From NCBI GenBank assembly GCA_963555825.3, contig CAUVXB020000002.1, positions 960,001 to 1,024,000 of the forward strand: 64,000 nt of DNA, written 5' to 3'. Below the pieces are notes generated by a model. The model ran no database searches. It worked only from the letters and a program-made list of their open reading frames with translations, and was not told the origin of the DNA. This DNA comes from Alphaproteobacteria bacterium (GTDB taxonomy: Bacteria; Pseudomonadota; Alphaproteobacteria; JAAXGF01). Shown here piece after piece: positions 41,623-51,456 of this stretch. Both the position numbers and the translations under genes were made by a program. Position 1 is the stretch's first letter; each line of letters begins with the position of its first letter.

Positions 41623-41884
41623 ATACCAAGGATCAGTGGTAAAGGCCCATAGAGACGGCTTGCCGTGGTTTTCGGCTAGGCGCGCCCGTTGCGGCGATGC
41701 CTTGGCATCGCAAGACGGGCGCAACGACGTCCGAAAGCCTCGGCAAGCCGCCTGCGGTCGTGTCCGCTTACCCCCGGAGTGCGTCAGGAAGCCTAACCGA
41801 TGCGCTGCATCGCTCACGGCTCCCTTCCTACCCGGGAATAAGCGGACACGATCTCTATGGGTCTTTACCACTGATCCTTGGTAT
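41623..41884. mobile_element. MITE with 33-bp terminal IRs, IS630-like ends
   Basis: ATACCAAGGATCAGTGGTAAAGGCCCATAGAGA (41623-41655) and its inverse (41852-41884), one mismatch. Confidence 0.8.
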
Positions 41885-41982
41885 TGGGCCGTCGCGCGGC
41901 CAATCGAAAGCTTGGAAGCGGGCGCGCGCCGGGCCTATGATCACGCCGACAACCCGAACGTATCAGCCAGCCGAGGGCCGCC

Positions 41983-44358
41983 ATGGCCGAGCAGCGAGCC
42001 GCCGAAAACATCAAGTTCCTGGACTCGGACGTGCCCGAATTCTCGGCCGAGGCGGCGGCCGAAGTGGCGCGCGAGCTCTACGGCGTCGAAGGCGAATTCA
42101 AGCGGCTCTACAGCGAGCGCGACCAGAACTACCGCATCCGCCAGGCCGACGGCGCGACTTGCGTGCTCAAGTTCGCCAACAGCGAGGAGGATCCGGGCGT
42201 CCTCGACCTGCAGCACCAGGCGCTGATCCATATCGAAGGGCGCGACCCCGACCTGCCTGTGCCGCGCGTCATCCGCTCCCTGGCCGGCGATCTCTCGGGC
42301 ACGGTCGACGGCCCCGACGGGCGCAGTCACATCGTTCGCCTGTTGAGCTATATGCCGGGGATCGATTTGGCCGAGGTCGCCCAGACGGCCGAGCTTTACC
42401 GCAATCTGGGCGCCACCGTGGCGCGGCTCGACCTGGCATTGCGCGGCTTCTTCCACCCGGCCGCCGATCACGTGCTGCTGTGGGACCTGAAGCGCGCGCC
42501 CGAGCTGCGCCGCAACACCGACGCGATCGCCGACGCCGGACTGCGCGCGCGCATCGAGGCCGTGCTCGATCATTTTACCGACGACGTGCTGCCCCGCCTC
42601 GGCGGCCTGCGCGGCCAGATCATCCACAACGACGCCAACGCGGGCAACGTGCTGGTCGCCGAGGACGACCACGAGCGCATCGCCGGCATCATCGACTACG
42701 GCGACATGGTGCACGGCGCGTTGATCCTCGATCTCGCCATGGCGGCGGCCGGTGTCACGCATCACACCGACGACCCGGTCGCGGCGATCTGCGACGTCGC
42801 AGCCGGCTACGACGCCGTGCTGCCGCTCGAGGCCGAGGAGATCGACCTGTTGTACGATCTGGTGGTCACGCGGGTGGCGGTCGAATACGTCATCTGCAAT
42901 TGGCGCATCGTCAACCCGACCAGCAGCGACATCCGGCACCTGATCGACTTCGTCGGGCCGTTCGAGAAAGCGTTCGAGCACCTGCTCGGGGTGGGCCGGG
43001 CGGCGGCGCGCGATCGGCTGCGCCGGACTTGCCAGTTTCCGCCCTATTGCCCGCCGACCGAAGAGCCAGACGAGAACGCCGACGCGGTGCTCGACGAATT
43101 GCTCGAGCGACGCCACCGGCTGCTCGGGCCGAAGCAGTTCCTGTTCTACGAGCGGCCCATCCACGTCGTCCGCGGCGAAGGCGTCTGGCTCTATTCGGCG
43201 ACCGGGCGGCGCTATCTCGACGCCTACAACAACGTGACCCACGTTGGCCACTCGCACCCCCACGTCCTGCGCGCGATTTCGCGCCAGTACGCGGCGCTGT
43301 GCACCAACACGCGCTACGTCTACCGCAACATCCTGGACTACGCCGAGCGCCTGGCGGCGACGCTGCCCGGCGGCCCGCGTGTCTGCGTCTTCGTCAATTC
43401 GGGCAGCGAGGCGAACGACATCGCCTGGCGCATGGCCAAGATGCACACCGGCAAGACCGGCGCGATCGTGCTGGAGGGCGCCTATCACGGCGGCACCGAT
43501 GCGATCGACGCATTCTCGCCGGGCGATCTGCCGGCCGACAAGATCGCTGCGCACATCCGGACCATCGCCACGCCCGACACCTACCGGGGCGAATTCCACG
43601 GCGCCGACGCGGCCGGGCGCTATGCCGCCGACGCCGACCGCGCGATCGCCGCGCTCGACCAGGCCGGCCTGGGCGTCGGCGCGGTGATGTTCGACACCTC
43701 GTTCGTCAACCACGGCGTCATCGACGTGCCCGAAGGCTATCTCAAGGCCGTCGTCGACAAGGTGCGGGCGGCCGGCGGCGTCTTCATCGCCGACGAGGTG
43801 CAGGCCGGCTTCGGCCGCATGGGCAGCCACATGTGGGGCTGCCAATCGCACGGCGTCGAGGCCGAAATCCTGACCCTCGGCAAACCGATCGGCAATGGTT
43901 TCGCGCTCGGCGCGATCATCACGACGCCCGAGATCCTGGCGTCGTTCACCGCGGACACGGGCTACTTCTCGACCTTCGGCGGCAACCCGGTGGCCTGCGC
44001 CGCCGGCTCGGCCGTGCTCGACGTCATCGAGCGCGAGGACCTGCTCGCCAACGCGCGCGACGTCGGCGCCTATCTGCGCGAGGGCATCCGCCAGATCGGC
44101 CAGAAGCACGCCATCGTCGGCGACGTGCGCGGCGCCGGCATGCTGGCGGGCGTCGAACTGGTGCGCGACCCAGCGACGCTGGAACCGGCGCGCGCCGAGA
44201 CCAAGCGTCTGCTGGACCTGATGAAGGACAACGGCGTGCTGGTCGGCCGCGAGGGGACGCACAGGAACGTGCTCAAGATTCGCCCGTCGATGGTCTTCAA
44301 ACGCGACAACGCCGATCAGCTGGTCGACGCGCTCGACCGGTCGCTCGCCGAACTCTGA
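41983..44358 (+). CDS. aminoglycoside/hydroxylysine-kinase-like domain fused to class III PLP enzyme (phospho-lyase-like)
   Basis: SERDQNY, IHNDAN..N, IIDYGD kinase motifs; [31 protein letters not shown]. Confidence 0.9.
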   Translation: MAEQRAAENIKFLDSDVPEFSAEAAAEVARELYGVEGEFKRLYSERDQNYRIRQADGATCVLKFANSEEDPGVLDLQHQALIHIEGRDPDLPVPRVIRSLAGDLSGTVDGPDGRSHIVRLLSYMPGIDLAEVAQTAELYRNLGATVARLDLALRGFFHPAADHVLLWDLKRAPELRRNTDAIADAGLRARIEAVLDHFTDDVLPRLGGLRGQIIHNDANAGNVLVAEDDHERIAGIIDYGDMVHGALILDLAMAAAGVTHHTDDPVAAICDVAAGYDAVLPLEAEEIDLLYDLVVTRVAVEYVICNWRIVNPTSSDIRHLIDFVGPFEKAFEHLLGVGRAAARDRLRRTCQFPPYCPPTEEPDENADAVLDELLERRHRLLGPKQFLFYERPIHVVRGEGVWLYSATGRRYLDAYNNVTHVGHSHPHVLRAISRQYAALCTNTRYVYRNILDYAERLAATLPGGPRVCVFVNSGSEANDIAWRMAKMHTGKTGAIVLEGAYHGGTDAIDAFSPGDLPADKIAAHIRTIATPDTYRGEFHGADAAGRYAADADRAIAALDQAGLGVGAVMFDTSFVNHGVIDVPEGYLKAVVDKVRAAGGVFIADEVQAGFGRMGSHMWGCQSHGVEAEILTLGKPIGNGFALGAIITTPEILASFTADTGYFSTFGGNPVACAAGSAVLDVIEREDLLANARDVGAYLREGIRQIGQKHAIVGDVRGAGMLAGVELVRDPATLEPARAETKRLLDLMKDNGVLVGREGTHRNVLKIRPSMVFKRDNADQLVDALDRSLAEL

Positions 44359-44367
44359 CGCCGGCCG

Positions 44368-45165
44368 GTGGTTCGCGCGCTCGTCCTCGTCGGCTTTGTT
44401 ATCTGCTTGCCGTCGACCGCAGCCCGCGCGCTCGATCTGGTCGAGGTGCCGGCCGGCGCCGTCGTCATGGGCGACCCGGCGGGCGAGGCGGATGAGACGG
44501 CGCGCGAAGTGGCGCTCGGTGCGTTCCGCCTGATGCGCCACGAGGCGACCAACGCCGAGTTCGCCGCCTTCGTCGCCGCCACCGGCCATGTCAGCTCGGC
44601 CGAGCGCTCGGGCAAGGCCTGGGTCTGGGACGGCCGCTGGAACCTGGTCGCCGGCGCCGAGTGGCGCCACCCCTTCGGCCCGGCGACGACGATCGCGGGC
44701 AAGGCCGACCACCCGGTGGTCCAGGTCAGCGTGCACGATGCGCGCGCCTTCTGCGCCTTCCACGGCCTGCGCCTGCCGACCGAGGCGGAATGGGAGCGCG
44801 CCGCGCGCGGCGAGCGCTGGCGCCGCTATCCGTGGGGCGACGGCGCGCCCGACATGGGCGGGATTAGGCGCGCCAACTTCGGCACGGTGCGCTGCTGCGC
44901 CGCCGACGCCGCCGACGGCTTCGCCAAGACCGCGCCGGTCGGCCGATTCCGGGCGGGCGACTCGCCCTTCGGCCTCGCCGACATGGCGGGCAACGTCTGG
45001 GAATGGACCGCGACGCTGCTGGCGGGCGACCCCAAAAGGGTCATCCTCAAGGGCGGCGGTTGGGGCAACGACCCCTATTGCCTGCGCATCGGCTATCACC
45101 ACACCAACCCGCCCGGCATCGGCCTCGACATGGTCGGCTTGCGCTGCGCGGGCGACGTAAACTAG
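44368..45165 (+). CDS. formylglycine-generating enzyme (SUMF1) family protein
   Basis: HPVVQVS, RLPTEAEWE, GLADMAGNVWEW, GLRC. Confidence 0.9.
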   Translation: MVRALVLVGFVICLPSTAARALDLVEVPAGAVVMGDPAGEADETAREVALGAFRLMRHEATNAEFAAFVAATGHVSSAERSGKAWVWDGRWNLVAGAEWRHPFGPATTIAGKADHPVVQVSVHDARAFCAFHGLRLPTEAEWERAARGERWRRYPWGDGAPDMGGIRRANFGTVRCCAADAADGFAKTAPVGRFRAGDSPFGLADMAGNVWEWTATLLAGDPKRVILKGGGWGNDPYCLRIGYHHTNPPGIGLDMVGLRCAGDVN

Positions 45166-45180
45166 GCCCGATCGACGATC

Positions 45181-45286
45181 TGTAATTAATGGGTGTAATT
45201 AACGGGTGTAATTAATGGGGTCAGATACCATTTATAGATTTGATTTATCGTCATAAAATAGAAATTAATGGTGTCTGACCCCATTA
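45181..45286. repeat. REPIN-like AT-rich element: three 13-bp tandem repeats plus 20-bp inverted repeat
   Basis: TGTAATTAA(T/C)GGG x3 (45181-45219); TAATGGGGTCAGATACCATT / AATGGTGTCTGACCCCATTA (19/20). Confidence 0.85.
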
Positions 45287-45347
45287 TTGAATACGCTGGC
45301 ATGGCTGGCTTACCCGCGCGGCGTGGGCGGGGCGGCTTCGGCGGCGG

Positions 45348-46571
45348 TTATGCCTTGACGCCGGCGCCCGTCGCCGGCGGCGCGTCGGGGTCGAGTGGCC
45401 AGCGGCCGCGCGGCGGCGCGTCGAGCGCATCGGTCAGGCCGAGCGCGAGCCGCTCGATGCCGGCCCAGGCGATCATCGCGGCGTTGTCGGTGCACAGCTC
45501 GGGCGGCGGCGCGACCAGCGTGAAGCCGTGTGCGTCGGCCACCGTGGCGAGCCGTGCGCGGAGCGCCTGGTTGGCGGCGACGCCACCGGCGACGACCAGC
45601 ACGTCGCCGGCCGGCAAGCGTTCGCCGAACAGCGCGATGGCGTTGGCCGTGCGGTCGGCGAGCACGTCGGCGACCGCCGCCTGGAAGCCGGCGCAGAGAT
45701 CGGCGACGTCTTGAGCGGCGAGCCGGCCCGCGCCCACCGTCTCGACCGCGTGGCGCACGGCGGTCTTGAGGCCCGAGAACGAGAAGTCGCAGCCCGGCCG
45801 GCCCTTGAGCGGGCGCGGCAGCTTGAATCGCGTGGCGTCGCCCGCGAGCGCCGCGCGTTCGACCGCCGGGCCGCCCGGAAAGCCGAGGCCGAGCAGTTTG
45901 GCGGTCTTGTCGTAGGCCTCGCCGACGGCGTCGTCGTAGGTCGTGCCGAGGCGCGCGTAGCGGCCGACGCCCTCGACCGCGAGCAGTTGGCAATGGCCGC
46001 CCGAGACGAGCAGCAGCAGATAGGGGAAGGCGACGTCGTCGGTCAGCCGCGCGGTCAGCGCGTGGCCCTCGAGATGGTTGACCGCGATCAGCGGCACGCC
46101 GGCGACCGCGGCGATCGCCTTGCCGGTCATCAGGCCGACCAAGACGCCGCCGATCAGGCCGGGCCCCGCCGTGGCGGCGACCGCGTCGAGCGCGTCGAAA
46201 CGTAAGCCGGCCTCGTCGAGCGCCTCGGCGACCAACCGGTCGACGTGCTCGACATGGGCGCGGGCGGCGATCTCGGGCACGACGCCGCCGTAACGGGCGT
46301 GCGCGTCGGCCTGGCCGCGCACGCGGCTCGCCAGCACGCGGCGGTCGGCGCGCACGATCGCGGCGCAGGTCTCGTCGCAGCTCGTCTCGATGCCGAGCAC
46401 GATCGGCGCCCCGGCGTCGTCGTCAGCGAGTTCGCCGCGAGCCGCCCGCTCGGTCGCTCGGCTGTCGGCCCGGCTGTAGGCATCGGCGCTCTGGTGGCGC
46501 TTGTGGCCCAATGCATAGCGCGCGCGCCAGCTCGGGTCGCGCGGTGTGGCCGGCGTGCGTTTGCGCGCCAT
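45348..46571 (-). CDS. tsaD: tRNA threonylcarbamoyladenosine biosynthesis protein TsaD
   Basis: [51 protein letters not shown]; start uncertain. Confidence 0.93.
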   Translation of the reverse strand: MARKRTPATPRDPSWRARYALGHKRHQSADAYSRADSRATERAARGELADDDAGAPIVLGIETSCDETCAAIVRADRRVLASRVRGQADAHARYGGVVPEIAARAHVEHVDRLVAEALDEAGLRFDALDAVAATAGPGLIGGVLVGLMTGKAIAAVAGVPLIAVNHLEGHALTARLTDDVAFPYLLLLVSGGHCQLLAVEGVGRYARLGTTYDDAVGEAYDKTAKLLGLGFPGGPAVERAALAGDATRFKLPRPLKGRPGCDFSFSGLKTAVRHAVETVGAGRLAAQDVADLCAGFQAAVADVLADRTANAIALFGERLPAGDVLVVAGGVAANQALRARLATVADAHGFTLVAPPPELCTDNAAMIAWAGIERLALGLTDALDAPPRGRWPLDPDAPPATGAGVKA

Positions 46572-46664
46572 GTCGACGGTCCTCGTTGGCTGATCCTTCG
46601 GTACGACCCGTTGAGGCGCGATGAACCACTTTCCTTGTCGCGGCGCAAGGGGTAGAGCTTGGCC

Positions 46665-47609
46665 ATGTCCAATTCGCAGACAGTGCGCATCGGCACGCGC
46701 GGCAGTCCGCTGGCGCTGATCCAGGCGGGCGAAGTGCGTGATCGGCTGATCGCGGCGCACCCCGCGCTCGCCGCGCCCGACGCCGTCGTCATCGAGATCA
46801 TCCGCACGACCGGCGATCGGGTGCGCGACCGCGCGCTCGCCGAGATCGGCGGCAAGGGGCTGTTCACCAAGGAGATCGAGCAGGCGCTCGACGACGACCG
46901 CATCGACATGGCGGTCCATTCGATGAAGGACGTGCCGACCTGGCTGCCCGACGGCCTGGTCATCGATTGCCTGCTGCCGCGCGCCGACCCGCGCGACGCG
47001 CTGATCGCCAATGGCGCGGTGTCGATCGCCGGTCTGGCCGAGCGCGCCGTCGTCGGCTCGGCTTCGGTGCGCCGCGCCGCCCAGCTCAAGCGTCACCGGC
47101 CCGACCTCGAGATCGTGCTCATGCGCGGCAATGTCGACACGCGCCTGCGAAAACTCGCCGACGGCGAGGTCGACGCCACCCTGCTCGCGCTCGCCGGCCT
47201 CGACCGGCTCGGCGTCACCGCTGAGACCGGCGCCGTCGCGCTCGAGCCGGACGAGATGCTGCCGGCGGTCGCCCAGGGCGCGATCGGCGTCGAGTGCCGC
47301 GAGGGCGACGCGCGGGCCCGTGAAATGCTCGCCGCGATCAACGATCAGGCCTGCGCCACCCAGGTGGCCTGCGAGCGTGCGCTGCTCGCCGCGCTCGACG
47401 GCTCCTGCCGCACGCCGATCGCCGGTCTAGCCGCGCTCGACGGCGGCGGCGGCCTCACGCTGCGCGCCCTGGTCGCCAAACTCGACGGCAGCGCGGTCCA
47501 CGAGACGTCGCGGACCGGCGCGGCCGCCGACGCGCTGGCGATCGGCACCGATGCGGGACGCGAGCTGCTCGCCATCGCCGGCCCCGGCTTCCTCGACCAT
47601 CTGGGTTAG
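46665..47609 (+). CDS. hemC: hydroxymethylbilane synthase
   Basis: [41 protein letters not shown]. Confidence 0.97.
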   Translation: MSNSQTVRIGTRGSPLALIQAGEVRDRLIAAHPALAAPDAVVIEIIRTTGDRVRDRALAEIGGKGLFTKEIEQALDDDRIDMAVHSMKDVPTWLPDGLVIDCLLPRADPRDALIANGAVSIAGLAERAVVGSASVRRAAQLKRHRPDLEIVLMRGNVDTRLRKLADGEVDATLLALAGLDRLGVTAETGAVALEPDEMLPAVAQGAIGVECREGDARAREMLAAINDQACATQVACERALLAALDGSCRTPIAGLAALDGGGGLTLRALVAKLDGSAVHETSRTGAAADALAIGTDAGRELLAIAGPGFLDHLG

Positions 47610-47624
47610 CGCGGCCGTTCCGCC

Positions 47625-48323
47625 ATGCGCGTGATGATCACCCGACCCCGCGAGGACGCCCGGCCGCTCGCCGAGGCGCTCGCGGCGCGCGGCGTCGAGG
47701 CGCTGATCGAACCGCTGCTCGAGATCGTGCCCGTGCCCGGCGCGCAGCTCGACCTCGCCGGCGTCCAGGCGGTGTTGCTGACCAGCGCCAACGGTGCGCG
47801 CGCGCTGACCGCCGCGACCGGGGCGCGCGACGTCACGGTGCTCGCGGTCGGCGCGGCGACGGCGACGGCGGCGGTGGGCTTCGCGCGCGTCGAGGCGGCC
47901 GGCGGCGACGTCGCCGCCTTGGCCGATCTCGCCGCGAGCGTATGCGACCCGGCCGCCGGCCCGTTGGTCCACGTCGCGGGCAGCCATGTCGCCGGCGACC
48001 TGGCCGGCCGGCTGACCGAGCGCGGCTTCACGCTGCGTCGCGAAACGCTTTACACGGCCGAGCGTGCCGCGGCGTTGAGCGATGCCGCGGTGGCGGCGCT
48101 GCGCCAGGGCGCCCTCGACGCGGTGCTCTTATTTTCTCCCCGCACCGCGGGCAGCTTTGTTACGCTGGTGGCGCGGGCCGGCGTGACGGCGGACCTCGCG
48201 CGCGTCCGGGCGCTGTGCCTGAGCGTGGCGGTCGCCGAGGCGGCGGGAACGGTGGCGTGGCGCGCGCTCGACGTCGCGGTGCGACCCGACCAGGAGGCGC
48301 TGCTCGCGCTCGTCGCCGGCTAG
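47625..48323 (+). CDS. hemD: uroporphyrinogen-III synthase
   Basis: ITRP, TSANG, AVG..TA, FSPRTA; follows hemC. Confidence 0.93.
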   Translation: MRVMITRPREDARPLAEALAARGVEALIEPLLEIVPVPGAQLDLAGVQAVLLTSANGARALTAATGARDVTVLAVGAATATAAVGFARVEAAGGDVAALADLAASVCDPAAGPLVHVAGSHVAGDLAGRLTERGFTLRRETLYTAERAAALSDAAVAALRQGALDAVLLFSPRTAGSFVTLVARAGVTADLARVRALCLSVAVAEAAGTVAWRALDVAVRPDQEALLALVAG

Positions 48324-48355
48324 CCGGCGCTCGACAGGCTGTGGGATGGAGCGGA

Positions 48356-49480
48356 ATGGCGCGGCGGCAGACCAGCAAGGCCGAATCGGCCGACGACACG
48401 ACGGCATCGCCGGCCGAACCGGCCGGCGCGGATGACGGCGCCAAGGCCGCAGCCACGCCGTCGAGACCGTTCAAGATCAAGTTCGGCGCCGCCGGCGTGG
48501 TCTGGCTCATCGCCGTCGCGCTTCTGATCGGTGGCGGCAGTTATCTCACTTGGCCCTACCTGACGGGCGTCACCGCACCGCCCCCCGAGACCGCGGGCCC
48601 AAGCGAGGCCGAGCAGCGCCTCGCGGCGCTCGAGACGGCGCTCGCGGGGCTCGGCGACGATCTCGCGGCCCGTGATCCGGCGGTGCGTCTCGCGGCGCTC
48701 GCGGATACGCTCGCCACGCTCGACGCGAGGGTCGCGGCGCTCGGCGCCCGGCTCGCCGCGATCGAGACCACGCCGCCGGCCGATGACGGCCTCGCCGACC
48801 GCTTGGCCGCGGTCGAGGATACCCTGGCCGCGACGCCCGTGGCCAGCGAACAGGCGGTCGCCGACGCCGCCCGGCGTCTGACGGCGATGGCCAACGGCTT
48901 GGCCGACCGGCTCGATGCGATCGAGGCGCGGCTCGAAGGCTCGGGCGGCGCGGCGACGATGCTCACCGACATCGGCGAGCTGCGCGAGGCGTTGCTTACA
49001 GCCGCCCCTTACGCCGCCGTGCTCGCCGCTGTCGAGGCCCGCGCGGGTGACGATCCGGCCATCGCCGAAGCGCTTGCAAACCTCGCCAGCCACGCTGCAA
49101 CAGGCGTGCCGACTGTCGCCAAGCTGCGCGCCGAGTTCGTCGGCCTCGCGCCGGCCATCGTGCGCGCCGCGAAGGCGCCCGAGGAAGGCTCGTGGGTCGA
49201 CCAGACCGTGGCGAACCTCCAGGCACTGTGGACCGTGCGCTGCGTCGGCGAGGCCGCCCAGTGCGACACCGCGACCGAGGCGATCGTCGCGCACGCCGAG
49301 GCGAAGCTCGACGACGACGAACTGGCCGATGCGATCGAGGCGATCGAGGCCCTCGAAGGCGGCTCCGCCGCGACCGCGGCCGACTGGCTCGCTCGGGCGC
49401 GGGCGCGTCTCGACGCCGAGGCCGCGCTTGTGACGCTCGACACCCGCGCCATCGCCGCGCTCCACGGCACCGACGGCTGA
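48356..49480 (+). CDS. mitofilin/Mic60-like inner membrane protein (COG4223)
   Basis: Single TM, coiled coil, C-terminal GVPT..L..F and WL..ARARL mitofilin-like helix; lies between hemD and hemY-like gene. Confidence 0.8.
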   Translation: MARRQTSKAESADDTTASPAEPAGADDGAKAAATPSRPFKIKFGAAGVVWLIAVALLIGGGSYLTWPYLTGVTAPPPETAGPSEAEQRLAALETALAGLGDDLAARDPAVRLAALADTLATLDARVAALGARLAAIETTPPADDGLADRLAAVEDTLAATPVASEQAVADAARRLTAMANGLADRLDAIEARLEGSGGAATMLTDIGELREALLTAAPYAAVLAAVEARAGDDPAIAEALANLASHAATGVPTVAKLRAEFVGLAPAIVRAAKAPEEGSWVDQTVANLQALWTVRCVGEAAQCDTATEAIVAHAEAKLDDDELADAIEAIEALEGGSAATAADWLARARARLDAEAALVTLDTRAIAALHGTDG

Positions 49481-49488
49481 CGCCAGCC

Positions 49489-50892
49489 ATGCTGCGCGTC
49501 CTCTATTTCGTTTTCGTCGTCGCGCTCGCCACCCTGGCGGCGCTTTGGCTCGTTGACCTGCCCGACGCAGTCACCATCGACGGACCCGACTATCAGCTGA
49601 CCACGTCGCTGTCGGTGCTGATCGTCGCGGTCGCCGCGATCGCCGTCGTCTGGGCGCTGGTCTATCACGTTTGGCGCTGGCTGCGCGGCGGGCCACGACG
49701 CATCGCCGCTGGTTGGTCGGCGCGCCGCCACGACCGCGGCTACCAGGCGCTGACCAAGGGCCTGGTCGCGATCGCCGCGGGCGACGCCAAGGCGGCGCAG
49801 CGCTTCGGCCGCGATTCGGGCCGCCTGCTCGACAACCCGCTGAACCTGCTGGTGCTGGCGCAATCGGCGCGGCTCACCGGCGACGAGACCGGCGCGCGGC
49901 GCCATTTCCAGGCCATGCTCGTGCATCCCGAGACCGAGTTCCTCGGCCTGCGCGGCCTGTTGGTGCAGGCGACCAACGCGGGTGACTGGGAAGCCGCGCT
50001 GGGCTATGCGCGGCGCGCCTACGCGCTCAGGCCCGAGACCGAATGGGTCGGCAACGCGCTGTTCGACCTCCAAGCCCGCGCCGGCGACTGGCGCGCGGCG
50101 CAGAAGACGCTCGAGGCGGCGGTCCGGCGCAAGCATGTCGCCGCTGGCCACGCGCCGCGCCGCCGCGCGGTATTGCTCGCCGAGCGCGCCCGCGCGGCCT
50201 ATGGCGACGGCGAGGAGGCCGCGGCGCTCGGCCTGGCGCGTGAGGCGCACAAGCTGGCGCCGTCGCTGACCGCCGCCGCGGCACTCGCCGCCGGGTTGCT
50301 GGCGAAAACGGGCAAGAAGCGCGCGGCGGCCAAGGTGATCGAGGCGGCGTGGCGCCTCGCGCCGCACGGCGAGTTGGCAGCCGCTTACGCCGCGCTCGGC
50401 GCCGGCGAGAGCGCGCTGGAGCGCGTCAAGCGCCTCGAGCGCCTGCACGCCCTCAACGCGGACCATCCCGAGAGCCACCTGGCGCTCGCCCAAGCCGCGC
50501 TCGACGCCGAGCTCTGGGGCGCCGCGCGCAACCACCTGCTGGCGGCCGCCGACCGGCAACCGTCACAGTGCGTCTACCGCCTGCTGGCCACCGCCGAGGA
50601 GCGCGATTCGGGCAGCGCCGAGGCGGTGCGCAACTGGCTGATGAGCGCCGCCTCGGCGCCGCCCGATCCGGCCTGGCTGTGCGACAAATGCGGCGACGCG
50701 GCGGCCGAATGGAGCGCGCGCTGCGAGGCCTGCGGCGCCTTCGACAGCTTAGGTTGGAAACTGCCGCCGACGCCCGCGCATCTCTCGGCGGCGCCGGTTA
50801 CCACGCCGCTGCCGCGCGCCGACGACGCACCGCTTCCGTCGGCCTCGATCGCGCCGCCGGGTGCCGTTGACGACATCGCGACGCGGGAGTAG
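49489..50892 (+). CDS. HemY-N/TPR membrane protein
   Basis: Two TM, ALTKGLVAIAAGD, TEFLGLRGL, TPRs, C-terminal CxxC..CxxC. Confidence 0.88.
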   Translation: MLRVLYFVFVVALATLAALWLVDLPDAVTIDGPDYQLTTSLSVLIVAVAAIAVVWALVYHVWRWLRGGPRRIAAGWSARRHDRGYQALTKGLVAIAAGDAKAAQRFGRDSGRLLDNPLNLLVLAQSARLTGDETGARRHFQAMLVHPETEFLGLRGLLVQATNAGDWEAALGYARRAYALRPETEWVGNALFDLQARAGDWRAAQKTLEAAVRRKHVAAGHAPRRRAVLLAERARAAYGDGEEAAALGLAREAHKLAPSLTAAAALAAGLLAKTGKKRAAAKVIEAAWRLAPHGELAAAYAALGAGESALERVKRLERLHALNADHPESHLALAQAALDAELWGAARNHLLAAADRQPSQCVYRLLATAEERDSGSAEAVRNWLMSAASAPPDPAWLCDKCGDAAAEWSARCEACGAFDSLGWKLPPTPAHLSAAPVTTPLPRADDAPLPSASIAPPGAVDDIATRE

Positions 50893-50904
50893 CTTGGCGC
50901 CCGT

Positions 50905-50979
<75 letters not shown>

Positions 50980-51456
50980 TATTTTTCAATAGGTTACGTG
51001 AATCTCTTCTTCACCATCTTTTGACCGAGTGACCTTAAAGTGAGCTGACTATTTCACTTCACAGGTCGCTCACATACTCATTTTGTCGACCGGCTCGGGC
51101 GGCTCCTTCCGAACGAAATTGTGATTTGGCAGGCTGTGTTGCGCCTGATCACCAAGACCAAACGCGTGCCTTACTCAGTTATCCAAGGGGGTAGCGTATG
51201 GGCCACCCGGGGGTCTATGGATACGTTTGTATGAACCGCGCTACGAGATCAATTATTTGGTTGGTACCATTGATCGGTCAAATTCGACGAATTCTCGGAC
51301 ATTGACGTTTAGTTTTCCGGCTGCCTCATTCCGAGGTCCGCTTTCGAGCGGTATGCCGACATGGAATGCCTTGTCCCGCGATCCAGTGTCTCTGAGGTCT
51401 GCTTACGAGTGGAAACCGGACATTGCAGCGTGGTTCGTCTAACGTCAGCTTCTAGC

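Noticed and set aside
41941-45102. Long antisense or alternate-frame ORFs (1053 aa here; also 4102..6360, 26140..28242, 32180..34411)
   Set aside because: Shadow ORFs of high-GC genes, without motifs and overlapping well-supported CDSs.
51277-51300. Additional array unit GTCAAATTCGACGAATTCTCGGAC
   Set aside because: Weak match to the consensus and a 35-nt spacing; not counted.
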